64,000 nt of DNA, taken from contig CAWFQB010000002.1 of the NCBI GenBank assembly GCA_963817895.1, positions 64,001-128,000 on the forward strand, given 5' to 3'. Source of the stretch: an uncultured Chthonomonadaceae bacterium (GTDB lineage: Bacteria > Armatimonadota > Chthonomonadetes > Chthonomonadales > Chthonomonadaceae). Below the pieces are notes generated by a model. That model was not told where the DNA came from, searched no databases, and saw nothing but the letters and a program-made list of their open reading frames with translations. Shown here one piece after another: positions 62,760-64,000 of the stretch. Made by a program: the position numbers and the translations under genes. How positions within the stretch are numbered: position 1 is the stretch's first letter; the number at the start of each line of letters is the position of its first letter.

Positions 62760-63413
62760 ATGTCTGAACAGGGTTTGGCGACATTATCGGCGCGGCCACG
62801 CGGGAATGGCAAGATTGCCGCGCGGCGGCAGATGGTCGAGCAGGTTTTACAGGAAGTGCGGGTTCGTTTGGAACGCGCGCCGGCAGTGGAACTGGAACAG
62901 GTTCTTGCCCGCTGGAAGCAGATGGCTTCCGAGCAAACGCGCGCGGCTTCCCATCGCGTCTCTGACGAAGACAAGCTGGTACTCGCGCTATCGGAGGGAC
63001 AAACGTATTCGCCCGATGAAGAGCTCCGGCTGGAAATCGAAGCGCAGCAGCGCGCGTTTGCCTGCCGTGAAACCCTGCTGCGGGGTTCGCTGACCGCGCC
63101 ACAGGTGGCGCGTCTGTTGGGTACGACCCGGCAAACACCGCATGACCGCGCGAAAAGCCTGACGCTTCTTGCCGTAGAAGATCGGGGCAGCCTGCGGTTC
63201 CCCTACTGGCAATTCGACGCGAACGGCCCCAATGGTACTGTGGCCGGCCTGCCTGCCGTTCTGAAAGCGCTGGACATTTCTCCGCTCGGCAAAGTCAGTT
63301 GGCTGACGCGCCCCAATCCCTCTCTGGAAGGGCGAACGCCACTGGAAGCACTGAAAGCAGGCGAAGCCGAGCGCGTTGTGGATCAGGCGCGAGCTGTGGG
63401 CGTGGGCGGCTGA
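62760..63413 (+). CDS. Antitoxin of the Xre/MbcA/ParS type
   Basis: HTH LTAPQVARLLGTTRQT, FPYWQF, C-terminal SWLTRPNPSLEGRTPLEAL. Confidence 0.82.
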   Translation: MSEQGLATLSARPRGNGKIAARRQMVEQVLQEVRVRLERAPAVELEQVLARWKQMASEQTRAASHRVSDEDKLVLALSEGQTYSPDEELRLEIEAQQRAFACRETLLRGSLTAPQVARLLGTTRQTPHDRAKSLTLLAVEDRGSLRFPYWQFDANGPNGTVAGLPAVLKALDISPLGKVSWLTRPNPSLEGRTPLEALKAGEAERVVDQARAVGVGG

Positions 63414-63414
63414 A

Positions 63415-64000
63415 ATGGTACTCATCGCGCAACCTCCGCCTGCCACGCCACCGCATCCTTTGTTCCACGTCATTCCCACCGACACCTATCTGGTACGGTT
63501 GTTCAATCCCACACGCTTCGGCACAACGGCCCTGACCTTCAACCACTACGGCCCGCTCAACCGCTTTGATCATCACCGTTTGCCTCCGCCCGGTACGGGA
63601 ACAGGGCAGATTGACCCTGACCGGGGCATCTATTACGCCGGATTCACGCTGTCGTGTTGCCTTGTCGAAGTGTTTGGCGACTATCGGCTGATTGACAATC
63701 CCGCTTTTCACGTAGCGCGTCTGCGCCTCATTCGCCCTCTGCGCCTGCTCAATCTATGTGATAACGGAGCCATGCGCGCCGGTTCCGTGACGGCTTTGTG
63801 CGGCACGGCGGATCGGAGTTTTTCGCAGCAGTGGTCGCGCTATTTTTATGACACGCCGGAGTATCAGCAGTGCGATGGCTTGCTCTTTCACGGCGCGCAC
63901 AACAATGAAAGCGCGGTCGCGCTTTACGAACGCGCTCAGGACGCGCTCGAATGTCCGCCCCAACAGGTGATTGCCCTCAACGCGCCAGCCCTGCGCCCCC
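63415..64000 (+). CDS. RES-domain toxin (NAD+ phosphorylase-like), 3'-truncated by the window edge
   Basis: Read manually: MVLIAQPPP...LVRLF...GPLNRFDHH...GIYYAG...CLVEVFGD...LRLLNL...DGLLFHGAHN...ALYER; starts 1 nt after the antitoxin stop. Confidence 0.85.
   Translation, partial: MVLIAQPPPATPPHPLFHVIPTDTYLVRLFNPTRFGTTALTFNHYGPLNRFDHHRLPPPGTGTGQIDPDRGIYYAGFTLSCCLVEVFGDYRLIDNPAFHVARLRLIRPLRLLNLCDNGAMRAGSVTALCGTADRSFSQQWSRYFYDTPEYQQCDGLLFHGAHNNESAVALYERAQDALECPPQQVIALNAPALRP

Overview
A GC-rich bacterial chromosomal segment. The gene content suggests Armatimonadota or a similar diderm lineage (DUF1559/H-X9-DG prepilin-like protein, TolC/RND system, fused GHMP-kinase/UDPGP protein); this is an inference. 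Housekeeping genes (ispG, hemW, glnA, class II fba, aldB-like, MraY/WecA-like, tRNA-Asn) are interleaved with many secreted proteins and several defence or toxin-antitoxin modules. The most unusual locus is 3.4-7.8 kb: a tandem HicA-like gene, then a Y1 (HUH) transposase bracketed by ~52-bp inverted repeats, then a McrB-like GTPase whose N-terminus is an AT-rich XRE-like HTH, then McrC, then a second HicA-like paralogue. The last four genes are translationally coupled and no HicB is present. Other modules are an AT-rich Mrr-like endonuclease next to an HNH gene, its partner and a decayed second HNH copy; a PIN toxin-antitoxin pair; a RES toxin-antitoxin pair; and a complete IS630 inserted into a (GGTTTTAG)n array. 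The window is rich in small repeats: a GTAG-type REP doublet family (3 copies), many 7-10-bp short tandem repeats arranged as inverted pairs in intergenic regions, and composite tandem-repeat cassettes inserted in frame in unrelated proteins. At least eight genes carry single frameshifts, most likely sequencing or assembly indels. All family assignments come from motif recognition by eye; no database search was run.
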